From IMG/VR virus record IMGVR_UViG_3300020182_000012: a stretch of DNA of 64,000 bases; one strand, written 5' to 3'. Below the pieces are notes generated by a model. It did no database searches. It was not told where the DNA came from and worked only from the letters and a program-made list of their open reading frames with translations. Positions 1-9,851 of this stretch are shown piece after piece. A program made the translations under genes and the position numbers. The stretch is from a virus. The stretch's first letter is position 1. Each line of letters starts with the position of its first letter.

Positions 1-645
1 GTTAACACCGACGTATACTCCACCTTTGTCACGTGCAATCGTATCAATTCCAAACAGTTCATAATCTTCCTCGTCGAGAATAAATCGTGGCGCATTCAAC
101 CAACACATAACATTACTAGGACGAATCCAATCTGGTGCATGTTGTTTTTTACGTAGACTTAATATGAGACTCTCTGCTTCGTGGCATAACAAATTCAATT
201 GTCGAATATACCAACGAGTCTTAGGATCTGCTGCAAGGTAATGCGGTGACATCCTCCCGCTTTCACCTTGTGTCTCTTCAAAGTACAAGTGCAATTGATT
301 AAACTTGTCGTGATTGATGCCCAATGTTTCGCCATGTCCATTGTGTTCCTCTGGCTCAACTACATTGTCTATTGTAAAATGATCATCAATGTAATAATCA
401 ATACTGCTATCATTGATGCCTTTAATTGTTGCATTAATCTGATTAACAAGTAATTGCAAATCACGTTCGCCATCAGGAAATCCAAAAAAGCAATAATTCT
501 TTTCGAGATGGTAATTGTTATTAAGCAACCCTTCAAGTGCTGGTAGCCATTTACGGCTTAAACTATTATCATACACATCAATATACACAGGAAATAATTC
601 TCCTGTAATATTATGTCTAAGTTTCATTTCAATTTTATCCAGCAT
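1..645 (-). CDS. Hypothetical protein, 3'-truncated by the window edge (not in the ORF track)
   Basis: Manual translation from ATG at 645: MLDKIEMKLRHNITGELFPVYIDVYDNSLSRKWL...NLLCHEAESL...GGVYVGVN, open for 215 codons to the edge; overlaps the stop of the upstream gene. Confidence 0.85.
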   Translation of the reverse strand, partial: MLDKIEMKLRHNITGELFPVYIDVYDNSLSRKWLPALEGLLNNNYHLEKNYCFFGFPDGERDLQLLVNQINATIKGINDSSIDYYIDDHFTIDNVVEPEEHNGHGETLGINHDKFNQLHLYFEETQGESGRMSPHYLAADPKTRWYIRQLNLLCHEAESLILSLRKKQHAPDWIRPSNVMCWLNAPRFILDEEDYELFGIDTIARDKGGVYVGVN

Positions 646-1951
646 CAATGCTATCCCACCATTTTAATATATCTGTGTCGGCACTGAGAATATCTCTCAT
701 GCATAACTTGTTGTTGCGTATACTCTCAAGCGCAAGCATACGTCTTTTGCCTTTGCGCATACCTCTTTGGTATTCGTCTTCTGAGTACGTTTCTTCCATA
801 GTTGGTCTGTTTTTTAATTGTAGTAACACGTTTTGTAATGCATTGCCGAGTTTGTTGTTTGTAATTAGTTCGTCTACTAACCTGTTTAATATTTCACGCG
901 GCAATGCCAATGGACTCATAATGATGTCTGGCGAAAATGTAAATATTACCTTGGCCAGAATATCAACATTGAGATCGTCTGCTAACTTTTGTATATTAAC
1001 TACATCCATCATACCCGGTAATGTAAGTGTAAAGTCTAAACGCATTTGTCGGCGGTGTGTTGCAATTTCCAAACCTTGTTTGAAGTTGTTAACAAATACA
1101 TCGTATTTCAATCCTGTGCGTATGTATTCGCCTAAGGCGCCTGTGCCGTCCAAGCTTGCACACATTTGCCAATCACGTGTGTGTGCTAGTATATCATGAT
1201 ATAAATTTACACCTTTGTAATCAACTCTGCTGAGATTACTATTATACCTTGCATACAAGCGATGGGCATCACCTAATTCAACAATGCGTTTCATATAACG
1301 CCAGTGCTGTTCATACATAAGAGGCTCGCCGCCTACCCAGTAAATCTCTTCAACCCGGTGCTCTTCAACTGCTTCGCTAAATTCTTTTTCAATCTGTGTG
1401 TCTTGAAATTTTGTTATCTCTGCACGTACTTCTGGTAACATCCAATTGTTTTTAGGATTGGTTAGATCAGTCATGTTGTGCTTTTTTTGTTCTGTTTCCC
1501 AACTACTACTCAACATATCACCGCATGTGCGACATTTAAAGTTACACAAATTACTAAAACGATAATCCCAACTAATAGGTTTCATTGTAGTATATCCACT
1601 GGCATCAGTGTTTTCCCAAATGTCATTGTACTTGTGACGGAACATTCTTTCAAAGTAACTGCGATATACATCCGTGTTTAGCAACTGACTGTTGCACACA
1701 TCACATTCAGGCAATGTTTCTCCAGCCATCATACGACGACGAACACTTTGCATATGTTCATTGTTCCAGTGTTCGTCTAGGCTCACTGGTTGATATTCGC
1801 CGCTACCCGATTTAGTGTCAATATATTGTTCAAAGCTTTGTGCTTCTTCGCGACTTGCGCAGCACATACGCCGTTCAGTTTGCGGGCTTAGATACGTGTG
1901 TGTCCATGGTGCCATGCACAGGGTAGGTGGCTTGTTATCAGGTTTTTGCAT
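635..1951 (-). CDS. Radical SAM protein with N-terminal Twitch/SPASM-like Fe-S domain
   Basis: CNFKCRTC (CX3CX2C) and GGEP motifs; N-terminal C..PW / CC / C..C cluster. Confidence 0.9.
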   Translation of the reverse strand: MQKPDNKPPTLCMAPWTHTYLSPQTERRMCCASREEAQSFEQYIDTKSGSGEYQPVSLDEHWNNEHMQSVRRRMMAGETLPECDVCNSQLLNTDVYRSYFERMFRHKYNDIWENTDASGYTTMKPISWDYRFSNLCNFKCRTCGDMLSSSWETEQKKHNMTDLTNPKNNWMLPEVRAEITKFQDTQIEKEFSEAVEEHRVEEIYWVGGEPLMYEQHWRYMKRIVELGDAHRLYARYNSNLSRVDYKGVNLYHDILAHTRDWQMCASLDGTGALGEYIRTGLKYDVFVNNFKQGLEIATHRRQMRLDFTLTLPGMMDVVNIQKLADDLNVDILAKVIFTFSPDIIMSPLALPREILNRLVDELITNNKLGNALQNVLLQLKNRPTMEETYSEDEYQRGMRKGKRRMLALESIRNNKLCMRDILSADTDILKWWDSIDAG

Positions 1952-3009
1952 TAAAATGAATTCACTATTTCGTTATACCAATCAAAATCTTTAAATTTTG
2001 ATAATTCGCTTTTGAACAATTCTTTTTCTTTCGTAGTTGCTTTTTGTAATGACAATTCACCATACACAGTGTGTACATAAAAATTTGATGTAACATCAAA
2101 ATTTGGTAAAGATGCAAACCAATTGATTGTATCTTCTAAATCAAACACATTGTGTTTTCCTATAGTGTATGCGCAACTAATAGGAATACTGTTTAATAGG
2201 TTTACTTTTTTTATAACGTTTGATACCTTGTCCCATTTAAGGGGAGTACGAGTTTCTTCAAACCGTTCGCCGATTCCGTCGATACTAAAAAATAACTGAA
2301 CTGACTTTGCTTGCTCCCACAATGCAAGTGTTTCAGTAGACGGATAACAGCTACCATTTGTATTGTAGGATATATCAACGTTACTTAAATTTTTAATTTT
2401 TTTCAAAAGAGTCAAATGCTCTCCGGTTAGCAACGGTTCTCCACCGTTAAAATAAACCGACTGCACATCATCTAAGTTGGTGCCTATTAAATGATCGTAG
2501 TTGAGTTCGTCTCCTGCAACAATCTTAATACCTTCTTCGGCAGCCCAGAGACTCGAGTAACTCGAACTACATATTACACACTTAGCATTGCAAATTGGTA
2601 ATGTATTGTAATCTAAGCTATAGCACTTGTCTTTGTTGAGTTCGCTTTGCTGGAGGTTTATTGGTAAATTTTTAGATTTGTATTTTTTAATTGCAAGTGC
2701 TCTTGGGCTATAACCTCCATAAGATTCGTTCTCCCAACAATGCTCGCATGCTTCGGGTTTTTTATTATTTCTTACATCATTTCTTATATTTTCTAAATGT
2801 TGATTTGACATTAGATTATCATGTCCAGAAAAACGCTGTGAAGGTTTAGCTAAACAACACGGTGCTACTTGTTGAGTGTCGCCAGGAAATCTACGAGCGT
2901 ATAACCCGTGGAATACCAATGGGCAATAACTAGAACTCAAGAACTCCTTGAGTTCAGCTGCCTCTCGATCGATTGTTTCCTGAGAAACAGTTATAATTTC
3001 ACTTGGCAT
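1951..3009 (-). CDS. Radical SAM protein with N-terminal Twitch-like domain
   Basis: CNAKCVIC, GGEP, YNTNG; N-terminal CPL..APCC..CEHCW. ATG at 3009 preferred over GTG at 3036. Confidence 0.88.
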   Translation of the reverse strand: MPSEIITVSQETIDREAAELKEFLSSSYCPLVFHGLYARRFPGDTQQVAPCCLAKPSQRFSGHDNLMSNQHLENIRNDVRNNKKPEACEHCWENESYGGYSPRALAIKKYKSKNLPINLQQSELNKDKCYSLDYNTLPICNAKCVICSSSYSSLWAAEEGIKIVAGDELNYDHLIGTNLDDVQSVYFNGGEPLLTGEHLTLLKKIKNLSNVDISYNTNGSCYPSTETLALWEQAKSVQLFFSIDGIGERFEETRTPLKWDKVSNVIKKVNLLNSIPISCAYTIGKHNVFDLEDTINWFASLPNFDVTSNFYVHTVYGELSLQKATTKEKELFKSELSKFKDFDWYNEIVNSF

Positions 3010-3415
3010 GCTCAGCAACCCTTTTGCGTAGGTCACTACTGCTGAATCTATGATCTCGTTTGTTAAAGTGCAGTGCTATTCCACGTTTTTGACAAACATC
3101 TTTTCCACTAAAGTCTTCGTGTTTGTATTCTTCTCCTAAAAACCGCACATCTAATTGAAACAGTTCTAGTATATCAATAACGTCTTGTTCGGTTTGATAC
3201 GGAACAATCTCATCAACAAACTTGAGTGCGTTAAGTTGCGCATAACGCTCCACTAACGTTTGTACTGGTTTGTTTTTGGTGTCAGGTCTGTCAATTGTAG
3301 GATCACTTTGTAACCCTACAATTAAGTAATCACAATTATCTTTTGCTTCACGCAACATTCCAATATGCCCAGCGTGTAACAAATCAAACGTGCTAAATGT
3401 AATACCTTTTCTCAT
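2999..3415 (-). CDS. tagD: Glycerol-3-phosphate cytidylyltransferase-like nucleotidyltransferase (TagD family)
   Basis: TFDLLHAGH (HXGH) motif, DYLIVGL, VDEIVPY, C-terminal RxxxxSSS. Confidence 0.85.
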   Translation of the reverse strand: MRKGITFSTFDLLHAGHIGMLREAKDNCDYLIVGLQSDPTIDRPDTKNKPVQTLVERYAQLNALKFVDEIVPYQTEQDVIDILELFQLDVRFLGEEYKHEDFSGKDVCQKRGIALHFNKRDHRFSSSDLRKRVAEHAK

Positions 3416-3987
3416 ATCAATTCCATTTGCTGTGGTACAATCTTATCCAACACAGTAGTAGTAAACAATTCTGCGCCTTTGTGCACATTAGCTGCCCATT
3501 CTGCACCTTGGTCTTCCCCGTCAGCATCGCTGTCAGAAATATACTTGTAGCAGTCAAATGGTGTGTCAAATTTTTGACAAACCTTTGCTAGTGCATATGC
3601 TTCCATTTCAACCACTTGGTAGTTAATATGTGGTACACTAAAGCTGTCTCCGGTTCCGCATACAAACAGACTATCGTGCTTGGTTTGGCAAATAATCATT
3701 TGTTCTTCGTCCCCTGGGCTAACATACAGCGGAAGACCAAGTGGGGTACAATCCATATCACGCTCAATCACTGCGCTCACTCCAACAAGTTGTCCTTTAA
3801 GTGCAGCACTTCCCCCGGCTGATCCATAGTTTATTACTTTACTATATCTATTAGAATTATTATAACACAATTCTGTAGTTAATGCAATACTTGCATTAAC
3901 CTTTCCAACACCGGTTACTAACTTTTTAAAGCCATGTGGCAAGGCACCTGGTAGTTCTTCTTCTAAGGCGATTACCACTAATATCAT
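3412..3987 (-). CDS. mtnN: MTA/SAH (and 5'-deoxyadenosine) nucleosidase, PNP_UDP_1 family
   Basis: ALEEE, TGVGKVNA, INYGSAGG, TGDSF, VEME, ISD motifs. Confidence 0.85.
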   Translation of the reverse strand: MILVVIALEEELPGALPHGFKKLVTGVGKVNASIALTTELCYNNSNRYSKVINYGSAGGSAALKGQLVGVSAVIERDMDCTPLGLPLYVSPGDEEQMIICQTKHDSLFVCGTGDSFSVPHINYQVVEMEAYALAKVCQKFDTPFDCYKYISDSDADGEDQGAEWAANVHKGAELFTTTVLDKIVPQQMELI

Positions 3988-5186
3988 GCAGGGCCTCCAT
4001 ATTCGATTGCATCAGCAAGTTCTTTATGGTGATCACGCAAATCTTGATTTCTGCGCCAATCCACGTCTTTTACTTTCATGCGTAATACGTTACCGTCCAA
4101 GCTGACTCCACTATTGATAAAGTCAATAATATTATTGAATTCTTTTTTATGAAATTCAGTTACATCGGCATTTTGCAAACGTTTAATTGCTATCTGTTTT
4201 GCTGCTTCGGGCAATGTTCCCACACTGTGGTAGTATGCTTCGTGCAACATGTTCCAGTATACAAACTCAAAGGATCTGGTATCAATCCAATTGGCCAGAC
4301 CTTCGAGATACATTACATTAAACACATTAACAGTTGCGCAACATTGTAACTGTATGTTGTTTAGTCTATCTCGTAGATGTTCAAAGCGATCCATGTTGTT
4401 GTTAACCAGTTGCCACTCGGCATTAGCACGTTGATATTCGAATCGTTCGTCAACATCATCAATACTAAATGCAATTTCTACTAGCTTAAAGTGTTTCCAT
4501 ATAGATTCGGCATTCTCTGGATAATGTGTACCATTGGTATTATAGTGTATTTCGATGTTGCCTGCAATGCCTGCGTCTATGCAACGCTGCAACAAGGCAA
4601 AGTGTTCTTGTATCATAAATGGTTCGCCACCCGTGAATTCCAAGTAACGAATTTGGTCCATCATTGGATCAATTTGGTCCCAAAACTTTTGGTTCTTTCT
4701 GGGCCATGCGCCTTTTTGCAGCATTTCATAATGAAAGCTGTCCTTGCCTTCAAACTTGATCTCTTCGGTGGCAAATGTGCTACTGCTCCAGCTTCCGCAA
4801 ATACGACATTTGAGATTGCAAATGTTACCTAGTTTAAAATCAATAAACACCAAAGGCTTGGCATCAGCAGTCCACTCCGTATCTTTTACAATATGCTTGA
4901 GTCGATTTAGTGTATGCATACGTTTACTAGTACGCCCACTGCGTTCTTCGTTCCAGCACTTTCTACATGTCTGCGGCTTTTTAGCATCCAAGAAGTCTTG
5001 ACGCAAGTTGTTCATATAATTGCTGTGGTGTATTTCATTTAGTGTGCTGTTATTGAGATCAAACTTAACACCATCAGCATCTTTGATTTCGTCCTCGGCT
5101 AAACAACAAGGCCGGGTAGTGCCAATCGGTGATGTTTCAATGCTTACCCAAGGCAGCACACAGAATGTATCGTGAGGTAATTTCAT
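3984..5186 (-). CDS. Radical SAM protein with N-terminal Twitch-like domain
   Basis: CNLKCRIC, TGGEP, YNTNG; CVLPW..RPCC..CRKCW. Confidence 0.9.
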   Translation of the reverse strand: MKLPHDTFCVLPWVSIETSPIGTTRPCCLAEDEIKDADGVKFDLNNSTLNEIHHSNYMNNLRQDFLDAKKPQTCRKCWNEERSGRTSKRMHTLNRLKHIVKDTEWTADAKPLVFIDFKLGNICNLKCRICGSWSSSTFATEEIKFEGKDSFHYEMLQKGAWPRKNQKFWDQIDPMMDQIRYLEFTGGEPFMIQEHFALLQRCIDAGIAGNIEIHYNTNGTHYPENAESIWKHFKLVEIAFSIDDVDERFEYQRANAEWQLVNNNMDRFEHLRDRLNNIQLQCCATVNVFNVMYLEGLANWIDTRSFEFVYWNMLHEAYYHSVGTLPEAAKQIAIKRLQNADVTEFHKKEFNNIIDFINSGVSLDGNVLRMKVKDVDWRRNQDLRDHHKELADAIEYGGPA

Positions 5187-6562
5187 AAATCATACTTTCT
5201 AAATTCGTCGATTAACCATGGAAACAACTCGCGCCAATCTGTTTTGCGTCTTGCATCTGTGTTTTTAAGATGGTTAAATAGCTTACCAATCTCTACTACA
5301 TTTGGTTCATTGCTTTTACTTTGTTTTGCAATACCCAACAAATAGTTTTTACTTGAAATTTCTTCTGCTGTTTTTTCGGGTTTTAGTGCTAATGCTTTAT
5401 CAAAGTCATCAGAAAAGATATCTCCAAATATATCAATAAACATGTAACTCGGGCCGTTCACACTGTTTTGATAATGATAAACAGTGCGTACCTTATTCCA
5501 TTCTTGTATTTTGCTTAACAAGTCTGGCAATGTTTTCACAGTCAACGGCGTAACAGTTGAACTAATAATAAGATTAATCCAATCACACCCTAATAGATAT
5601 TCAAAGTTTGTTTCCCATGTTGTTAAATTTAAAGGAAAACGTACATACTCTTGCTGTGGGCCCCAACAATCAAGACTTGCAGTCACTTCAAACTCCCTGA
5701 GGCACCCTATATCTATTAAATGTTTAACACGATTTGTTACTTTTTTTACATAGTCAAGTTTTGCATTTAGATTTGTAAAGATTTGTAATTTCAATTCCGG
5801 GGCAGGATATTCTTCAAACAAGTCTAAACATTCTTCTAGCTCACTCTGATACAAAGGCTCGCCGCCTAATATATTAAAGTTAGTCAGGTACTGCCCGTTT
5901 ACTTTTAACCAATCAAATAGCTTTTGTTTATTAGATTGCAAATTTGGATCTTTGACAAATGCTTTATCACCAAATCTAACATTTTCAGCGTTCCATAAAC
6001 TGCTAAATTTTGGGCCACAATACAAGCACTTGAGATTACAAGTATTGTCAAAGTATATTTCAAGTGTCCTTGGTGTCACATGTGTTGCAATGGGATTATC
6101 ATTTAGCTCAACTGGAGCATGCTGCCCAGGAAAGTCTAAGTTGGTAATCCTGTCACTTTGGCCGCCTGCTTTTTCAATGTTAATGCAATAGTTACATCCT
6201 ATTTTTGGCCAGTTACCTTCTAACATCTGTTTACGATCATCAACTTTGCTTGGCGTATTATGAAAATCAAATTTGTCAATGTCAAACTTATGATGATTGG
6301 TTCTATGACAACTAGCAGTTTCGCCGGTGGTTAGAAATACTGTGCTCCAATTCCATTTAAGCTGGCATGCAGTCGGTGTATTAATTGGAAATGGTTTATT
6401 AACGAGTTTGCTTTTGTGTTTAAACTGCTCTGTGCTATACCCATATAGATTGATGCATTCATCTTGAATATGTTGAGGTAACAATGCAAAGTCTGCTTCC
6501 TGCTTACACTCGGGCCAGCTTGGGTCCTTTATATCATCATAAAATTCTTCCCAGGTGCTCAT
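5183..6562 (-). CDS. Radical SAM protein with N-terminal Twitch-like domain and an extra N-terminal module
   Basis: CNLKCLYC, LGGEP; CQLKW..SCH..CNYC. Confidence 0.9.
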   Translation of the reverse strand: MSTWEEFYDDIKDPSWPECKQEADFALLPQHIQDECINLYGYSTEQFKHKSKLVNKPFPINTPTACQLKWNWSTVFLTTGETASCHRTNHHKFDIDKFDFHNTPSKVDDRKQMLEGNWPKIGCNYCINIEKAGGQSDRITNLDFPGQHAPVELNDNPIATHVTPRTLEIYFDNTCNLKCLYCGPKFSSLWNAENVRFGDKAFVKDPNLQSNKQKLFDWLKVNGQYLTNFNILGGEPLYQSELEECLDLFEEYPAPELKLQIFTNLNAKLDYVKKVTNRVKHLIDIGCLREFEVTASLDCWGPQQEYVRFPLNLTTWETNFEYLLGCDWINLIISSTVTPLTVKTLPDLLSKIQEWNKVRTVYHYQNSVNGPSYMFIDIFGDIFSDDFDKALALKPEKTAEEISSKNYLLGIAKQSKSNEPNVVEIGKLFNHLKNTDARRKTDWRELFPWLIDEFRKYDL

Positions 6563-7845
6563 ACTAATGCTCCTAACTCTGGAATCGCATCCAGTACGTT
6601 TTCTTTTCGTATGCCGTCGAGTCGATTGGTCTTCTGCCAGAACTTGTCCACCAGGTGTGTGTTGTCGGTGCTATCCATATATTGTAGCGCACTTTCAAAT
6701 CCCACTGTTGCTCTGTTCAGTTGATCCAATGGGCGCAGCCATTCCAGGTGTGCTTCGTACTTTTCTTTGATTTGATCTTTGTATGCTTGTGGCGCAATAT
6801 CAATGCGTAAATAGTCTGGATCTTGTAAAATATTTACGTTAAGGTCTTGTGGTTTTATCAAACCTTTTTCAACCCAATCTCTGTGAAAGTCAGGTAAGTG
6901 CAGGGCATTCATAATGCTTAATGTTGGACTAATATAAAAGTCGACGTTGGGGCATATTTCCATCATAGTACGTCTATTTTGTTCTACTTCTTCCCACTTG
7001 GTGCCTGTGCGAATGTATTCGCCGTGTGCACCCATGCCATCCAAGCTTGCACCTACAGCTACACTATCAAACTTTTTCCAGTAATCAAATACCAAACGGT
7101 CTTTTAATTTTGTTTTTGTAAAGTTTGTATTGTATATAAGACGCACGTCGAATCGGCCTCTGCGTTCTAATTCCTCAAGAATACGATAATGCTCGTCCAT
7201 CATGCATGGCTCACCACCTGCAAAATATATCTGTTCTACATGATCTAGGTGCTCGTACAATTGCTCGATCATATCAGCTTCAAATCGACCTGCGTAGTTC
7301 ATTGGCTTGTTTTCTTTAGCCCACCCAGGGCCTGCCAGTACACTTTGATCCTTGTACCAACTGCTACTAAAAATGTGCCCGCAACTGCGACAACTTAGGT
7401 TGCACAAGTTGGAAAATCTGATGTCCCAGTATGTCATTTCAAAGTTGTCGTATTGCCCGTCTTCGTGCGTATTAAGTGCACGACCAATATGATGCCCGTG
7501 GTGCTTGTTTGCACTCTGGCGACCACTAAAAAATCCGCTTTTCTCTTGTTCGTAGCAACGCCCACACGCAGGGTTTTCTTGTTCTAACAACATGTCTTTG
7601 CGTAGTTGCTTTTGCTCTGGGCTATTCCAGATCTCTTCTATTGTGTTGTTTTTACAGTTTCCAACTTGACCAACACCCATTTCGGCATGACAACAAGGGT
7701 ATGCTTCGCCTGTAGGATAAGCATGCAAGTGTATCCACGGGTACATACAAAATGTTTTACTTTCAGAAAGAAGTTCACGTTCTCTTTCACTTACATCTGC
7801 TAGCCTAATCTTAATTGGATCGGCACTGTTATAACTATAGCTCAT
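6559..7845 (-). CDS. Radical SAM protein with N-terminal Twitch-like domain
   Basis: CNLSCRSC, AGGEP; CMYPW..YPCC..GN....IEEIWNS..CGRCY (SPASM-like). Confidence 0.9.
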   Translation of the reverse strand: MSYSYNSADPIKIRLADVSERERELLSESKTFCMYPWIHLHAYPTGEAYPCCHAEMGVGQVGNCKNNTIEEIWNSPEQKQLRKDMLLEQENPACGRCYEQEKSGFFSGRQSANKHHGHHIGRALNTHEDGQYDNFEMTYWDIRFSNLCNLSCRSCGHIFSSSWYKDQSVLAGPGWAKENKPMNYAGRFEADMIEQLYEHLDHVEQIYFAGGEPCMMDEHYRILEELERRGRFDVRLIYNTNFTKTKLKDRLVFDYWKKFDSVAVGASLDGMGAHGEYIRTGTKWEEVEQNRRTMMEICPNVDFYISPTLSIMNALHLPDFHRDWVEKGLIKPQDLNVNILQDPDYLRIDIAPQAYKDQIKEKYEAHLEWLRPLDQLNRATVGFESALQYMDSTDNTHLVDKFWQKTNRLDGIRKENVLDAIPELGALV

Positions 7846-9187
7846 TGTACCAATCTTTCATGCTAGGAAATGCAGTAGCAAAGTCTTTACCTCTGCGCTT
7901 GTCGTACTGCGTATAAAAACGTTTAAAGTCGTTGTGTAGTTTTGGCATATCAAATGTGTCGCTGTGTGGTGTTTTAACAACATCAAGATAGTCAATCAAT
8001 CGTTCAGTTTGGTTAATCTCATGTTCGTGTAATAATGTATTGTCTCTGTTTGTGTCTAGCCAATTCTGCAAACGATCTTTATGCAACATCCGAATTTCGT
8101 CCGGCAATACCAATGGGCTTTGGAAACTAGGAAAACGTAAAATGTTCAATGTAAAGCTTGGAAAATCTCTGCCATATGTTTGTTTAAATGTTAATAGATA
8201 ATCTAAAAACTCAGGAAGTGTTTCTAAACACAATGCGTTGATTGTGCACATATTGTGCAACCCACGTATTTTACCCGAACTGGCCAACATGTGCATGTTT
8301 CGATCCCAGGTTTCCCATTCTAGTCCGTCACGGATGTATTCTGCTTGTACTGGCATACTTTCATTTGATGTATAAATGTCCAGTGGCGCACTAGCAGCTC
8401 TGTCAAGCAATTTTTCCATGTCGGCAGTAGCAAGGCCTAAGTTACTGTTGATTGCAATTCGTGTGGTGCTTGCGCCTTTATTTTCTTTAAACCAGTCAAG
8501 CAACTTCCACAAGTGGCCGCTCATTGCTGGTTCGCCACCTGTGATGCGCAATTCGTCGAGTGTTCTATGCAAGTCGCTTTCCCACCATTTAAAAAACGCT
8601 TCGATGTATGGGTTTGTTTCGTTGTAAGTGTACAGTTGATTACTGTCATGTGTGTGCGTAAAATGATTGCGACCATCACTGATTAAATCTTCGTATGCAC
8701 CGTGTTTTTTTAGATCTTTGACCCAGGTTGAACTAAATGCTGGATTGCAATAACTGCAAGCAAACTGACAAGTTCTATCAAATGCAATTTCCAATGTTTT
8801 AAGATCAACATCTTCGTTATAATCCAGTGCATGTGCTGATTGCAAATCTTCATCTGAATAGATTACACTTTTATATGTTCTGTCGGATATATTGTCTCTG
8901 CCAATGTCCTCAATCTTCCAGCAATATTCGCAACCTTTTGGCCGCTCGCCGCACTGCATTTGTTTACGCTCTTCTTTTTTACGAAGAGTGTTGTGCAATG
9001 CTTTTGGATTTGCTTGTACTTCTTCGACAGATATGTGATGAGGCAAAGGATGGTGGCAGCTAGTTGTCATACCCGATCCCAACCATATAGTAGCATTATA
9101 CCATTTAGCTCCGCACATACTAGAACTCAATGGATCAAGCACACGTTCTTTGTATTGTAGGTCAGTTTCGTTATTTTGCTTAGGCAT
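7835..9187 (-). CDS. Radical SAM protein with N-terminal Twitch-like domain
   Basis: CQFACSYC, TGGEP; CGAKW..SCHHP..CEYCW. Confidence 0.9.
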   Translation of the reverse strand: MPKQNNETDLQYKERVLDPLSSSMCGAKWYNATIWLGSGMTTSCHHPLPHHISVEEVQANPKALHNTLRKKEERKQMQCGERPKGCEYCWKIEDIGRDNISDRTYKSVIYSDEDLQSAHALDYNEDVDLKTLEIAFDRTCQFACSYCNPAFSSTWVKDLKKHGAYEDLISDGRNHFTHTHDSNQLYTYNETNPYIEAFFKWWESDLHRTLDELRITGGEPAMSGHLWKLLDWFKENKGASTTRIAINSNLGLATADMEKLLDRAASAPLDIYTSNESMPVQAEYIRDGLEWETWDRNMHMLASSGKIRGLHNMCTINALCLETLPEFLDYLLTFKQTYGRDFPSFTLNILRFPSFQSPLVLPDEIRMLHKDRLQNWLDTNRDNTLLHEHEINQTERLIDYLDVVKTPHSDTFDMPKLHNDFKRFYTQYDKRRGKDFATAFPSMKDWYNEL

Positions 9188-9851
9188 TAAAATATAACTC
9201 TTTGTTTAGTAGTTGATATTCAACAATCAGTTGTTTTATACTATTAGTAACCGGTTTATTCAAAATAGTTTCTAAACTATCTGTAAGTGACGAATTATCT
9301 AATCCAAAAATTGTTTTAAAATTTATAATATGGTTTACATTTTTACGATCTAGAGTATTATGCCAATTAATGGTATCCTTATTGAGTTGTTCATGCATTA
9401 TATCAAATACATCTGGATGGTCAAGGTTACTAATATTATATGGAGGAAAGTTGCATCCTGTTGCTACCCACTTGTTGTATTCTTGCTGTGTCCAAAGATT
9501 TGGAAATCCTTTTTTTATAAACAACGTTGTTATGTGTTCAAAATCATCCTCGTCTGCGTCGATTGCAATCACTGTTATATTATTAAACATGGTTTGGAGT
9601 TTACTTACAAAATCATGTTGATGTGTGTAATATATCTTCGCTGGCACACTCTGGTTTTCCCAATAATTTCCCATAAAACATACATCATCTTTGTTATTAT
9701 TGTGTGCCCATACACCTCTATCACACCGATGGTAATCACCATGCGTAGCATCTATACGATTTGTTATCTGTATATCAAGCATCTTGGCAATTATTGTCGT
9801 AAGAAATAATCCACCACTTCCACTAACATGATGTATGCAGATTCTAGACAT
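9180..9851 (-). CDS. Hypothetical protein, possibly sulfotransferase/P-loop-like
   Basis: 223-aa AT-rich ORF coupled to both neighbours; N-terminal strand followed by SGSGGxFL. Confidence 0.6.
   Translation of the reverse strand: MSRICIHHVSGSGGLFLTTIIAKMLDIQITNRIDATHGDYHRCDRGVWAHNNNKDDVCFMGNYWENQSVPAKIYYTHQHDFVSKLQTMFNNITVIAIDADEDDFEHITTLFIKKGFPNLWTQQEYNKWVATGCNFPPYNISNLDHPDVFDIMHEQLNKDTINWHNTLDRKNVNHIINFKTIFGLDNSSLTDSLETILNKPVTNSIKQLIVEYQLLNKELYFNA

Noticed and set aside
268-453. 61-aa + strand ORF
   Set aside because: Antisense to a longer, translationally coupled - strand CDS (1-645)
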